A DNA stretch of 63,982 bases, counting the filler, from Collodictyon triciliatum (Eukaryota), in the NCBI GenBank assembly GCA_043381765.1. It is 3 parts of 3 records of this genome, joined end to end, with 100 filler letters (N's around TTAATTAATTAA, not from the genome) between each part and the next. Parts side by side here need not be neighbours in the genome. Positions count along the whole stretch, not along the records: positions 27,603 to 54,985 come from JBHJMP010000995.1; positions 55,086 to 63,982 come from JBHJMP010001027.1; 1 more part is not named here. One strand, given 5' to 3'. Below the pieces are notes generated by a model. That model made no database searches and was not told where the DNA came from. It was given only the letters and a program-made list of their open reading frames with translations. Positions 50,217 to 61,999 of this stretch are shown here, in pieces. The number at the start of each line of letters is the position of its first letter. The first letter of the stretch is position 1. The translations under genes and the position numbers were made by a program.

Positions 50217-53200
50217 CTATGAGCATTGACTCAACTTCTCCATCATCATGGCAAAATCCTTCCGGCTTTTTGGCCCACTTGCCGGTGGCGTATGCTTTGC
50301 CGCGCTCTCTCTACAAAGTTTCAATAAATTATTAACTTACATATCAAAGTATAAATAAAAAAGAGCGAGAAGTTCATGCAGTGGGCCAAAAATGCTTCTC
50401 AATTAGCCGTCAATAATGATATGGGTAATATTTTTCTTTATCTTTATCAAGATTTGAAAGTCTTTTCTACCTGGATTCGTGCGCAGCCGCTGTGTGTCCG
50501 CATCGACCACATACGGCCATCCCCCGTCTCGACCCAAGAGAGACAACATAGTCTGCGCATCCGCAGGACGGGAAAGTGCACGGCCTGTCAAACAACCACA
50601 ATATCGTGCGTTGTTATATAAACCATATACATATAATTATTACTATTATATTATATTTTTTTTAAAAAAAAAAGGAATATTGAAGAGAAAATAATCTGAT
50701 ATGGAAAATTCTCGTCTCGACGACATTAGACAACAAAAACAAAAAACTATGAATAAAGAGGAAGAAAAGGGAGAAGAAAAAAAGGAAACGAAAGGAAAAG
50801 CGATGTTTAGACAAGGAACGCACCCGGGTGTCAGGTTTGCAGACATTCTCATCGATCCGGAACTTGACGTTGCTGAAGGCCCAGCGCTTGGTGGCAGATG
50901 CGCAGGGTGGGTTGGTGCAGAATTGTCTGGAAGCATGAGGACGATTTTCTGGCGGTGCTGCCGAATCACGCGGAATATAAAGTTGATTTCTCTAGCAAGT
51001 TCTTGTTTTTCCACAGCCGAAATGAGTTGCTGGGATTCTTCTGACACGACCTAATTTGAAAATGTATGAAGGATTTGAGTTATAAAATATCTTTAAGAAA
51101 AAGACAGCTCATATAATTTCATCGCTTGATAGGAGTTGAGATTATGCTAATATTATTGTTAGAATCTTGCAATTACTGTGCAATCAGTGAGATATTTAAT
51201 CATTCTTGGGTGATTAATGCGAATGAATTCGTTCATGTCGACCTAGAAGGGTGCAGATGGAAAAAAAACAGGCGATTCAGTAAATTTTGGTTATTTATGT
51301 GCCAAATCATTTTTATAATATTCATATATAACTCTTCAGGATAAGCAGTATTTGTAGTATTGCACTACTTTAAATAAACAAAACAATTGTATATCTAGCT
51401 ATACCAGAAACTGTTCTTTTCCTCCAAATTCAATACCATTGGCAAGATTTTGCAAAACCTTTGTGATAAGAATCAATCCTCGTTTAACCTCCTTTGAAGG
51501 AGGCTCTAATGATTATTATTATTTTGTTAAGTTAGATAATTAATCAAAATCTAAATAAAATTATCGTCGTCTTCTTCATGATTATTTATACTATTCCTAT
51601 TATTGAAGTGCATGTGATTAAATTTGGAGAAAAAAAGGTTATAGTAGGAAAACAACCTTGAACTAATTGGTTGCGCTCAGGGAATATGATTGCTGGATTT
51701 AAAAAACGAAGAAAGATTATTCCAGTCACCGACAGGATAGCTTTTTCACCGAACTTGTCATATGCGCTTTTGTATATATGGTGGCACATTTGTTTCACTT
51801 GCCTAAAGTAAGCATAGTAAACACATGATTATCGTGAAATTTAGAAAAATTAAGTGGCATTTATTTGATTTTCGAACGAAGTGATTTTAAGGTTTTAATT
51901 TTTCACTCAAAAAACAAAAACATTTATCAATAAAAGAAAACTAGTCGAGAAATGCACTCACAATGGGGGTCTATTATCTGAGTTGAATATAGCATCTAAA
52001 AACATCTGACATGCTTCATCTAAATTCTTTATGTTTGTTTGAAGGAACTCTCCTGGTTGTATGCGATTTGGGTCAACCTGTCATTTCGTGTCAGCAAATT
52101 ATATTAGATACGACTGAATATCAAGAACCATAGACTAGCACGCATTTAATTTGGAATGTCGATGATACAGGCTTATGGTTCTTTAGAAACTGAAAAGTGA
52201 GGCAAAATCACCTCATATGATTTCGGACTCTGTATCATCTTTGTAAAACATGGAGATAATATCTCTTTCATATACGATGTTCCGTACAAGTTTAAATATG
52301 CGGCAATCATTTTTGTAGCCATCGAGTCAGTACGAAAGAGCGTCGTGATATCAACTAGTTTTTTATTTTATTTAAGAAAATGTTTTACAATCAGAAAATA
52401 AAAAAAAATTCACGTCAACAAGATATCTTCACGTGTATTTATGTTTCTAAGACTCAAAAATTATGTATGTTTCAATTTATTACGAGTGGACTGGACTTCT
52501 GCATTGCAGACATCGTAAATGAGCCTTATGGCTTGGTTGTGAAAGTCAAATATCTGAATCAAGCTGGAGGCCACTGCATCAACTTTCGTTTCCAAACTGT
52601 TGTATATGGCATGAAGTAGATCTCCTGATGGATTCATAATCCACTATGCATTTTGAACATAATTTTCTTTGTTAACTTGGCGTTGTTGGTCAACTTTGAG
52701 AATCGCATTATCACCAAACTATATTAACATGCGTAGAAAGCCTCATTTTTATTTATTTATTATTACCTTCATCATATCCTGAAACCGGTCGATCGACGAT
52801 TCGTCGATATTTTCCTTTTCATATAAAAAAACGAAAAAAACGAGAAGTTACTATTCAGGGTTCTCATGTATTTATTGATAGGGATTTAAAAGAATTAAGC
52901 GAACATGGGACATGTATTGCAGAGACAGTTGGATATCTCCGCTGACACGGTCCTTCGATTTTGATTTTTCCAGTTTACTCCACGCAATAAACGGCTTTTT
53001 TTTTTAGGAAAAAATAATAAAAATTAGCACAGGAATATGAGATAACGGTAGATAATCAAGCATATGCCAGATAATGTGATTCATTTTTATTTAATCATAA
53101 TCAGAAGCTGAAACGGATTCAAGAACCTCTTCAGACTCAAGAGACGGGAATATATCGAATGTTTTTTGCCCCATAAAGTCATCATTACTCAGAAAATCCT

Positions 53201-54776
53201 CATCCCACATGACCAGAGAAAGCTTTGCTCCGCGGCAGTAAATTTTGCTGAAAGAGAACATCATGTGAGATATCATCAGAGACGACTTTCTTTTAGCCAA
53301 AAAATACTTATTTTGATATATTTGCATTCAAACCTTACTTCTCATTTTTAGGATAGAAAATAAAAAAAGAAGGAAGAATATTCTTTTGGGGTATAGCATC
53401 CGATTTAAGTAAGAAACACGAATAGTTACAATGTGTATTCCTCATTCCAAGTAGGGTTCAATGTGGATTGTTGTACGGATGTTGTCACATCTTGTGCTTG
53501 TTCTTGGCCAACTATTTTCAGGACGCAGTAAGGATCGCTCGAATCTGCATAATAAACCTTGATTATTTTATAAAACCATGGTGGTGACTTAGTTATAGGG
53601 CATCATGTGCAGATACACGAGATATGTCGTAAACGATTGTAAACTTAGGCCGTATTTGATGACATAATCATGTGAGTAATAAGATGGGAGGCTATGAATG
53701 CAAAAATCAACAAAGAATATTTATCAACATGTATGTGTGCTAATTATAAAAATGATATACTGAAGTCTTTAATGGCCAAATCCCTTCCACCAATAACTAA
53801 GTCATACGATAATGTTATTAACTATCCCATTTTTTTATGAGCGAAAAGGAATTGACGTTTTGTTAAGCTGACATCGCAAGGAATATCAAACCTTTCAGTT
53901 TAAGGAAGAAAGCTGTATTTCATTCACATGTAAGTGAGAAAATCAGTTACCTTTTACGAAGAGATGGCCGATCAAACATGATGATTTCTATTCACACACA
54001 TTGTTGGATTATTATTATTATTATCATACTTTTTTAATCGATAAATAGTAATTCAGTGCCTGGAAAGACAAGCGCTAATGGGTATATTAGTAGAGGATGT
54101 TACCCGAACTGGAGGTATATATATGGCCTTCTGAATTGAGTCCATCCAGGACTTTAGGTCCTCCTATTGCATTTTGCATAAACACATGGTTTTTATGCAA
54201 CTTCCTCCCTTTTTTTTTTTTTTTAAGTAGTCAGGTTGGAGTTTGAAGAACTTAAAAAAAACCTCGCTAGATGCTGTAAAGCGATACGTCTTGTGGTTCA
54301 CTGACATGGAATCTGCAGGATTTGGGCGATATAATTCGAAATTGAAGAGACTTTTTCCTTCGCTGGAAGGGACAAGACGAACGCCGCAGTTTTCGAGAAC
54401 GACCAATCCACTGACTTCATCAGACTGAAAAGAATTCGACAAGACATATTCAAATGTTTAATTATTACTGGTTAAACAGGCCAGTCTACTTACAATATAT
54501 ATTTGATATAGTTATCATTCATTAGTATCAACAATCCTCACTCCAGGTGACTCCATATAGTATAAGATATGTTGCTTAGCATTTAGCACGCAGAATCGAC
54601 TGAGCCATCGATATCGTTGGTTATCAAAAAGTCGTGATTATATAAAATATTTTAGATTACCACCGCATTCTTTTAAAATATAGTGGATAAACAAGATACC
54701 GCTTCACAGATTTCCAACGCCCGCCTTCTTTTAGGAGAAACCCGACTTTTTCAGCCTCTGTGCGCGACGGATTCAT
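50217..54776 (-). CDS. Ras GTPase-activating protein, PH-C2-RasGAP with a C-terminal Cys/His-rich module; an extra 5' exon is possible
   Basis: PH domain KVGFLLKEGGRWKSVKRRFCVL..SWMDSIQKA. C2 domain SSDPYCVL..TLNPTWNEEY..VMWDEDFLSNDDFMG. GAP motifs TLFRTDSMATK (Arg finger), FLRFLNPAII and KVLQNLAN..FGGKE. Confidence 0.92.
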
Positions 54777-54884
54777 TTCCTAAGTTATGTATTTCAGTAT
54801 GGGATCATCATTCGGCCCACTTATGTATATCTAACTAAAAGGAAAAAACAACAACGAAACAATGAATAGCTGGATCATTGGCTA

Positions 54885-54902
54885 ATAATAATAGTAATAG
54901 TA

Positions 54903-54985
<83 letters not shown>
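54885..54985. repeat. (AAT)n microsatellite at the contig end
   Basis: AAT/AGT run abutting the spacer. Confidence 0.93.
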
Positions 54986-55085
54986 NNNNNNNNNNNNNNN
55001 NNNNNNNNNNNNNNNNNNNNNNNNNNNNNTTAATTAATTAANNNNNNNNNNNNNNNNNNNNNNNNNNNNNNNNNNNNNNNNNNNN
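54986..55085. other. Artificial contig-joining spacer N44-TTAATTAATTAA-N44
   Basis: Identical to the spacer at 27503-27602. Confidence 0.97.
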
Positions 55086-55215
55086 AAAAAGAAAAAGAAA
55101 AAGAAAAAGAAAAAGAAAAAGAAAAAGAAAAAGAAAAAGAAAAAGAAAAAGAAAAAGAAAAAGAAAAAGAAAAAGAGAAAGAAAAAGAAAAAGAAAAAGA
55201 AAAAGAAAAAGAAAT
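55086..55215. repeat. (GAAAAA)n hexamer repeat at the contig start
   Basis: Tandem hexamers. Confidence 0.93.
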
Positions 55216-55326
55216 AAAAAGAAGAATATAATTAATTAAAAAATAAAATATGCAGTTGTAAAAGAATAAATATTTAATATACGATGAGAGTCCCGTAATG
55301 CGTTTGTAAATATACCTCTTTTCAAG

Positions 55327-55770
55327 TTCGTGAGTCTGCCACTGGAAAAGATAAATTGATTCAAGAGGATGAATATGTGAAGTCTCTTGGAGGAAAGGTT
55401 CCTTCTTTTGTTACAAGAAACAGAACAAGATACAAGTCCGCACATCACTGTACCATTTAAGAGAAGACGAAGGCAAAACCTGACTTTGTGATTGGCTAAT
55501 TGCACATTCTATAGGGAAGAAAAGCCATGAGACAGCCGTATACCATCGTACTCAAAAGAATGAAAAAGAAGAAGGAGGCCGAAAAAGCACAAAAGGTGCG
55601 TTATCGCTTTCACTTTTCTAAAAATCCAACTATCTATTCGACTTGCACCAGCTCATAACACCCTCGCCGAAGCCAATTGTGATGCTCATTCATCATCATT
55701 CAACCTCTAGAATATCTTACAGCACGAAGTATTCGCACCCAAGCCGATTAAGAAGAAAGTGAAGAAATAG
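55327..55770 (+). CDS. 3' exons of a Lys-rich protein resembling the C1orf131/Faf1-like (DUF4602) 40S biogenesis factor; 5' end missing
   Basis: Three GT-AG-joined exons: RESATGKDKLIQEDEYVKSLGGK|GRKAMRQPYTIVLKRMKKKKEAEKAQK|HEVFAPKPIKKKVKK*. The SLGGK...P...MKK pattern is recalled from this family. Confidence 0.5.
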
Positions 55771-56304
55771 ACGCTTTCACTACATCCTCATAAACCAAAA
55801 CAAAAAAAAATCAGACTAATACAGGAGAAGACAAAACACCTGAAACTCGGTACATACAGTAGTTTTGACGGAAAAAATAAGTGAGCTGGGCATGCGTGGT
55901 TACAAACCATAAGATATTCACGCCATCGCATCCAACATCGCACACTTTATGAATACTCTTTTAAATGGGTTTGATGGCTGTAGTAAATCGAATATGGGTC
56001 GAACACAGCAACTTGAGATGCTGATGATTCCAAAGGTAGGGTTAGAATCTAACGGACGTGGGGTTTTGCTGAGATGGCTGCTTTGTCATGCATAAGCACA
56101 ATGGCTTAATATTATATCACCCTTAAAGACGCACGATACATGTGATTTTTTTCTAACTTGACCTTCTCTGTGCCACCATTTCCCTTCACTTTGTTGCTTG
56201 TGCGCTTATTGATCATTATTTTATTTTTTTTATATCTTATCACCCGGAAGTTTTTGCGGTTCATGCGAGATGCAACACTTTGCGATGACAGATCTGCAAA
56301 ACAC

Positions 56305-56306
<2 letters not shown>

Positions 56307-56401
<95 letters not shown>

Positions 56402-56446
56402 GTTGTTATTATTATTGTTATTGTTATTGTTATTGTTATTGTTATT
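56307..56446. repeat. (ATT)n/(GTTATT)n microsatellite before an N gap
   Basis: Visible run. Confidence 0.93.
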
Positions 56447-57161
56447 NNNNNNNNNNNNNNNNNNNNNNNNNNNNNNNNNNNNNNNNNNNNNNNNNNNNNN
56501 NNNNNNNNNNNNNNNNNNNNNNNNNNNNNNNNNNNNNNNNNNNNNNNNNNNNNNNNNNNNNNNNNNNNNNNNNNNNNNNNNNNNNNNNNNNNNNNNNNNN
56601 NNNNNNNNNNNNNNNNNNNNNNNNNNNNNNNNNNNNNNNNNNNNNNNNNNNNNNNNNNNNNNNNNNNNNNNNNNNNNNNNNNNNNNNNNNNNNNNNNNNN
56701 NNNNNNNNNNNNNNNNNNNNNNNNNNNNNNNNNNNNNNNNNNNNNNNNNNNNNNNNNNNNNNNNNNNNNNNNNNNNNNNNNNNNNNNNNNNNNNNNNNNN
56801 NNNNNNNNNNNNNNNNNNNNNNNNNNNNNNNNNNNNNNNNNNNNNNNNNNNNNNNNNNNNNNNNNNNNNNNNNNNNNNNNNNNNNNNNNNNNNNNNNNNN
56901 NNNNNNNNNNNNNNNNNNNNNNNNNNNNNNNNNNNNNNNNNNNNNNNNNNNNNNNNNNNNNNNNNNNNNNNNNNNAAAAAAGAAAAAAGAAAAAAAAGAA
57001 AAAAAAAAGAAAAAGCAATATTAAGGCTGAAAGAGGAAAAGTACTTTGTCAGCGTTGTGTTTTAATTGATGCACAAGCAAAACGGATCTTCAACTTTCGA
57101 TTTTCCTTCCGGTTTCTATCAGACCATAGCGTATTGAGCTCCAGAGAGGAACCGAAGGCAA

Positions 57162-57985
57162 ATGATAAGCTTTTTTAGGTGGAAAAAGCAGTTGCGTATC
57201 CTTCTAGTGGTACGCGTTTTAATTCCCCTTGCACGGTGTCTTCGTAGTATACTCCTGTTTAAGTGCACCGTTTACTTTTATAATGACTTTATTTCTTCGT
57301 TGGCCTTGCAATTCGCGAGAAAGGGACCAGACAACGCTGGAAAAACAACGCTGTTATACAAGTTGGGCTTCGGAGAGGTTCTGACAACTATACCGACGAT
57401 AGGATTTAATGTAGAAAGCACGGAAAACAGCAGATATGCAATAACTTGCTATGATGTAGGAGGGGCAGATAAGGTTACAACACCATCACAAAATACTTTC
57501 GCTTCATATAGTTAGCAACTCAGTATATATGATGCAAATCCCTTCAGTGACTGATTAGGGCGATCTAATATTCTATGTTGCCTCTAGGCGAGGGGAAAAC
57601 AATACTAGCCAGGCTTATCTGAATGTCTTTCTAACCTGTAGATTAGGCCATTACGGAGACTCTACTACAGTTTAAACGATGCTGTGATTTTTATGATCAA
57701 TACCACCGAAAAAGATAGATTCGATCGGGTGATTGAAGAATTGACATCCATGAGTAAAGAAAAAGAGCTTGTGAATAAACCATTTCTCATTTTGAGCAGT
57801 AAACAGGTTGGTTTTCAATATATATCATGGTTGCTATTAAAACTTTTTTCTATTCACACTGTTCATGCTATGTGCGATGATGTAATATGGAATGATTTTT
57901 CTTCATTTCCCAAAATAAGGATATGCCAAACTCAATTCCCAGCCGCATATTATCTCAAGAACTTTACTTAGCAGACATACTAAAG
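57162..57985 (+). CDS. Divergent ARF/ARL-family small GTPase, partial (the 3' end, and possibly the 5' end, lie in gaps)
   Basis: [66 protein letters not shown]. Confidence 0.88.
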
Positions 57986-58665
57986 GTCGCCATATTGATT
58001 TAGTTTTAAAAACTTGCCGATATTCACATCTTATTAAGATCACCAAGATGTAAATTCATTTATTGGAACCCGATCGCCNNNNNNNNNNNNNNNNNNNNNN
58101 NNNNNNNNNNNNNNNNNNNNNNNNNNNNNNNNNNNNNNNNNNNNNNNNNNNNNNNNNNNNNNNNNNNNNNNNNNNNNNNNNNNNNNNNNNNNNNNNNNNN
58201 NNNNNNNNNNNNNNNNNNNNNNNNNNNNNNNNNNNNNNNNNNNNNNNNNNNNNNNNNNNNNNNNNNNNNNNNNNNNNNNNNNNNNNNNNNNNNNNNNNNN
58301 NNNNNNNNNNNNNNNNNNNNNNNNNNNNNNNNNNNNNNNNNNNNNNNNNNNNNNNNNNNNNNNNNNNNNNNNNNNNNNNNNNNNNNNNNNNNNNNNNNNN
58401 NNNNNNNNNNNNNNNNNNNNNNNNNNNNNNNNNNNNNNNNNNNNNNNNNNNNNNNNNNNNNNNNNNNNNNNNNNNNNNNNNNNNNNNNNNNNNNNNNNNN
58501 NNNNNNNNNNNNNNNNNNNNNNNNNNNNNNNNNNNNNNNNNNNNNNNNNNNNNNNNNNNNNNNNNNNNNNNNNNNNNNNNNNNNNNNNNNNNNNNNNNNN
58601 NNNNNNNNNNNNNNNNNNNNNNNNNNNNNNNNNNNNNNNNNNNNNNNNNNNNNNNNNNNNNNNNN

Positions 58666-59437
58666 GCGATGGCGAATCCCGCACGACGACGTGGGGGTCA
58701 GGCGACTCAGGTGATGGCAGGCGGTTCATCCCTGCACATTTGTCTCCTCTGGTGTGGCTGAATACACTGATTTGAGAGCTTTCATCAGACTCGCTGTCGC
58801 TAGTACTGGCACTATGTCCAGCGCTGCTGCTGTCGTCCGGTTGGTACTCGTTATCTGTCGTCTCGTCTACTGGGCCGAGTTCAGGGAGATAATCTGATGA
58901 TGGGCGAACCTTGCGCTTTCCTGGAGCCCGCTCAGTTGTCACTATATGAATTATAAACAAAACAAAAAAAAAAAAGAAGAAAAGAAGAGAAAGATATAAG
59001 ATACTGTTAAAAGAAGACAGAAGTTGTAAGAAGGAAAGGATACTGAGTTGATGTTCAGCCTAATTTCCCTTAATTTGCGTCCATGCTCTCGTATCTTTAG
59101 TTTGCCATGGCTGGTAATGTTTGTAATAACAAGAACTGAGTTGCAAGATTGCTGGACATCATGATGATATTACTCACATATCTTCAGGAGAAGAACTTCG
59201 TCCGACATAGAAGCTTGGGTATCGGAGAAGAGAGTGAGGTTTGTTGGGTAAATGAGAACAAGAAAACACGTTTAAAATAAAGGGAGAAAAAAAATGGGTC
59301 TCGCTTATCACGCAACAAAACACGTGAAACAAAATCACCGGTAGGATACCCTTGAGCAGACTCCTAAAAGAACACTTATCGAGGTGCCTCTTACCGCTTG
59401 CCCCAAGAGCCAAAGCGCGTCGCTTGTTAGAAGCCAT
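58666..59437 (-). CDS. 5' part of an unknown protein with an acidic/Ser-rich disordered exon; exon structure unresolved
   Basis: An open exon at 58666-58942 (PGKRKVRP..DETTDNEYQPDDSSS..DSESDESS) follows an AG acceptor and runs into a gap. The upstream exons do not splice cleanly in frame. Confidence 0.35.
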
Positions 59438-60850
59438 AGTCTCGTTTTGTAAGATCTATTATGAAAAATTGGGGGGTTCTGTGTGAATGCAAGCTGGCTC
59501 AATTAAAGAGTGCATTCACCCAGACGTTTGGAGCAATAAGCCATTTACTTAACATATAGCTAGAAAATCGAATACCCGAAAGTATTTCCGGTCAACACTG
59601 AGACCAATGTACAGGACTCGTGCGACAATTCAAGACTTTTTTTTTGTTTTCTTTGTTTTCTATCAAATATGGATTGTAATCATATTTCACTAAACTGCTG
59701 TGGATGCAAACACATCTGTTTCTTGGGCTATCAAACCTTCATATTTTTTTTTGTATTTTTTTTTTTTTTTGGCTTTCGTCGGTTACAATGGAGATGTCGG
59801 TGTAATACCAGGGAATAAGCAGGCCAGCAGCGAAAATATAGACGAGATGTGATGGCAAAATAGCGCCAGTGTGCTTTCGCGTGTAGCAAACCTCCAATAT
59901 TAGTGAAACAGCCAACACGAAAAGAGAAAGGGAAGGAAAGAAAAAAAATAATCCGAAAAATATCTGCCGTGTAACGCAGCACAACACAACACAAAGCGCC
60001 GAGTCATTTTCAAGACTTGTGCCATTGTGCGAACCTGCCATGTCTCTGCATGGATCGACTTGAACTGCGGAATCACAGGATTTTGTTGTATGGTACACCA
60101 TTGCCTCGGATATAGGGGTGGCGCCAGGATTCCACACTTGGCGAGGAAGATATATAAAACAATCCCAATATCTCACATGATATAGATCTATTTTACAGTG
60201 GTATTTAGATCACTTTTCAGATAACATTAGGTATTTTACCTGATATCTTTATTTTCCATATATGTAAAAATTTTTGGGTTTGCATATGTGGAAAATATGT
60301 TAATATGTTTTACTGACCTAAACGCAACATACGAAGATTCATTTGAACCTATTATCACCATCGCCTAAACTTAATTATAATATCTGCTGCGTTTTTGATG
60401 GTGGACACGGTTTGGTAGTGTTGGATTATGTTCGCCATTTTGTTTTATGGCTAATCGTTTCGGCCAGGGAGTACGCGGGATAACTGTGAATCCAGTGATA
60501 ACTTCGGAAGTTGCAGCGATGAATCCGTGTGGTTCTCATTCTGTTTTCCAACTTAATATATAACCAAGTATCGGTGGTGTCAAGGTAGAGGGGATATTTT
60601 TGTGCTTTACGAATATCCAGACAATCAATTATCTAAATTGGACTGTGTACTTGTATATATGGATAAAATAAATAAAATATCAGTGCACGCAAATCCAATT
60701 ATTATTTTTGAATGGTGATGGCCAAAATGACAAAGACTGATAAAAGCAGAACGCCTATGAAATGGAAAACACTCTAAGGGGTAAATCGGATATACATTTT
60801 TATTTATTTATTTATTTATTCATGGGCTCGTAGCCTCGTCAGAGGAAATC

Positions 60851-61504
60851 TTACAACGCCATCTGCTGGACATTGTCTGATTCCATCTGCTGAACATTGC
60901 CTGACTCCATCAGCTCAGTGTATGGAAGATAAAGCTGCCTGTTTCCAGTATCATCCCTAAGTTCTAAGGTGAGAGAATAGCTCATCCGAAAAGCATTACC
61001 AGTTGTTGCGAAGTCAATATGGACTGCCGTGTGGGCGCTGATGTGCCGATGAACGCGAACGAGGACACACTCATGCGGTTGCCAGCGACGACTCACAAAG
61101 TAAGCAACAAAAAGACTGAACTTCTCCAAAAGTCGCAGAGAATCTTCAGTCGAAGTACTCTGGGTGGCAGCGCCTGAATGGAACGCCGGGAAGATTTGAT
61201 CTGCCCGTGTGGTTTGAAGAAGCTGCACGAAGGTCTGACTCGGCGTGCGCAAGGTGTATTGGGCGATTGGCTCGGAGAGGCCATTCCAGCGACGCGTCCA
61301 CTCCAGCGACCGAGCAATCCAAGGCATCAGGCTGTCCACGGTGTTCTGGTCAAGGTCCAGTCCAAACTCGCCTTGGGTTCCGATCTTCCAGAGTTTCAGG
61401 AGTTGGTCCAATGCAGGCATGATTGCTGGAATGGCTTGCGCGTTGCATCGGTACTTGGGCGTGTTCTCGCCCGTTTGGAGCTGCTGCCTTGCGGCCTTTC
61501 TCAT
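60851..61504 (-). CDS. Intronless 217-aa hypothetical protein
   Basis: Long non-repetitive ORF, GC-richer than its flanks, with AATAAA runs about 30-50 nt past the stop. No family recognised. Confidence 0.55.
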   Translation of the reverse strand: MRKAARQQLQTGENTPKYRCNAQAIPAIMPALDQLLKLWKIGTQGEFGLDLDQNTVDSLMPWIARSLEWTRRWNGLSEPIAQYTLRTPSQTFVQLLQTTRADQIFPAFHSGAATQSTSTEDSLRLLEKFSLFVAYFVSRRWQPHECVLVRVHRHISAHTAVHIDFATTGNAFRMSYSLTLELRDDTGNRQLYLPYTELMESGNVQQMESDNVQQMAL

Positions 61505-61768
61505 CTTTGCGCGTTGCGTGTTGCGTGTTGCGTGTTGGGAGCCGTCCTTGTGCCACTCTGCTCCTTGGGCCGGTGCGTTTTGACTAGCTCGGCCTTCTCT
61601 TTCCCGGTTGTGTTCGGGCTTTTTTCGGTGCTGCTTGTGTGTCCTTTTGATTCTTCGTTCTGTCTTGATGATCTTGCACTTTGAATTCTTGAATGAAGAT
61701 ATTGTATGTAGTGTAGTATATTCCGCACTTTATCTGTGCGGTCACCGTCTGCTTTGTGATCTGTGCTT

Positions 61769-61771
<3 letters not shown>

Positions 61772-61822
<51 letters not shown>
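61772..61822. repeat. (CT)n dinucleotide microsatellite between divergent genes
   Basis: Perfect CT run grading into a pyrimidine-rich tract. Confidence 0.95.
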
Positions 61823-61828
<6 letters not shown>

Positions 61829-61999
61829 CTCTTTCTCTCTCTCATTTTCTCTCTCTTTTCTCTGTCTCTTTTCTCTCTCTCTTTTTTCTCTGTCGTTGTC
61901 TTCTTGGTGTTGAGCAGCACAGAAAAGCAGCATAGTTTCCTACATGACATCCTCTGCACGAACATCGTCACTCTCAATCAATGGACTTTTGAAAGTGAA

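Noticed and set aside
58943..59043. Possible U12-type intron (minus-strand donor GTATCCTTT)
   Set aside because: There is no convincing CCTTAAC branch site near the acceptor and the surrounding gene model does not splice in frame, so it cannot be supported.
59600..60600. Moderately GC-rich patches that might be exons or a structured RNA
   Set aside because: No frame gives a recognisable protein and there is no clear RNA family motif.
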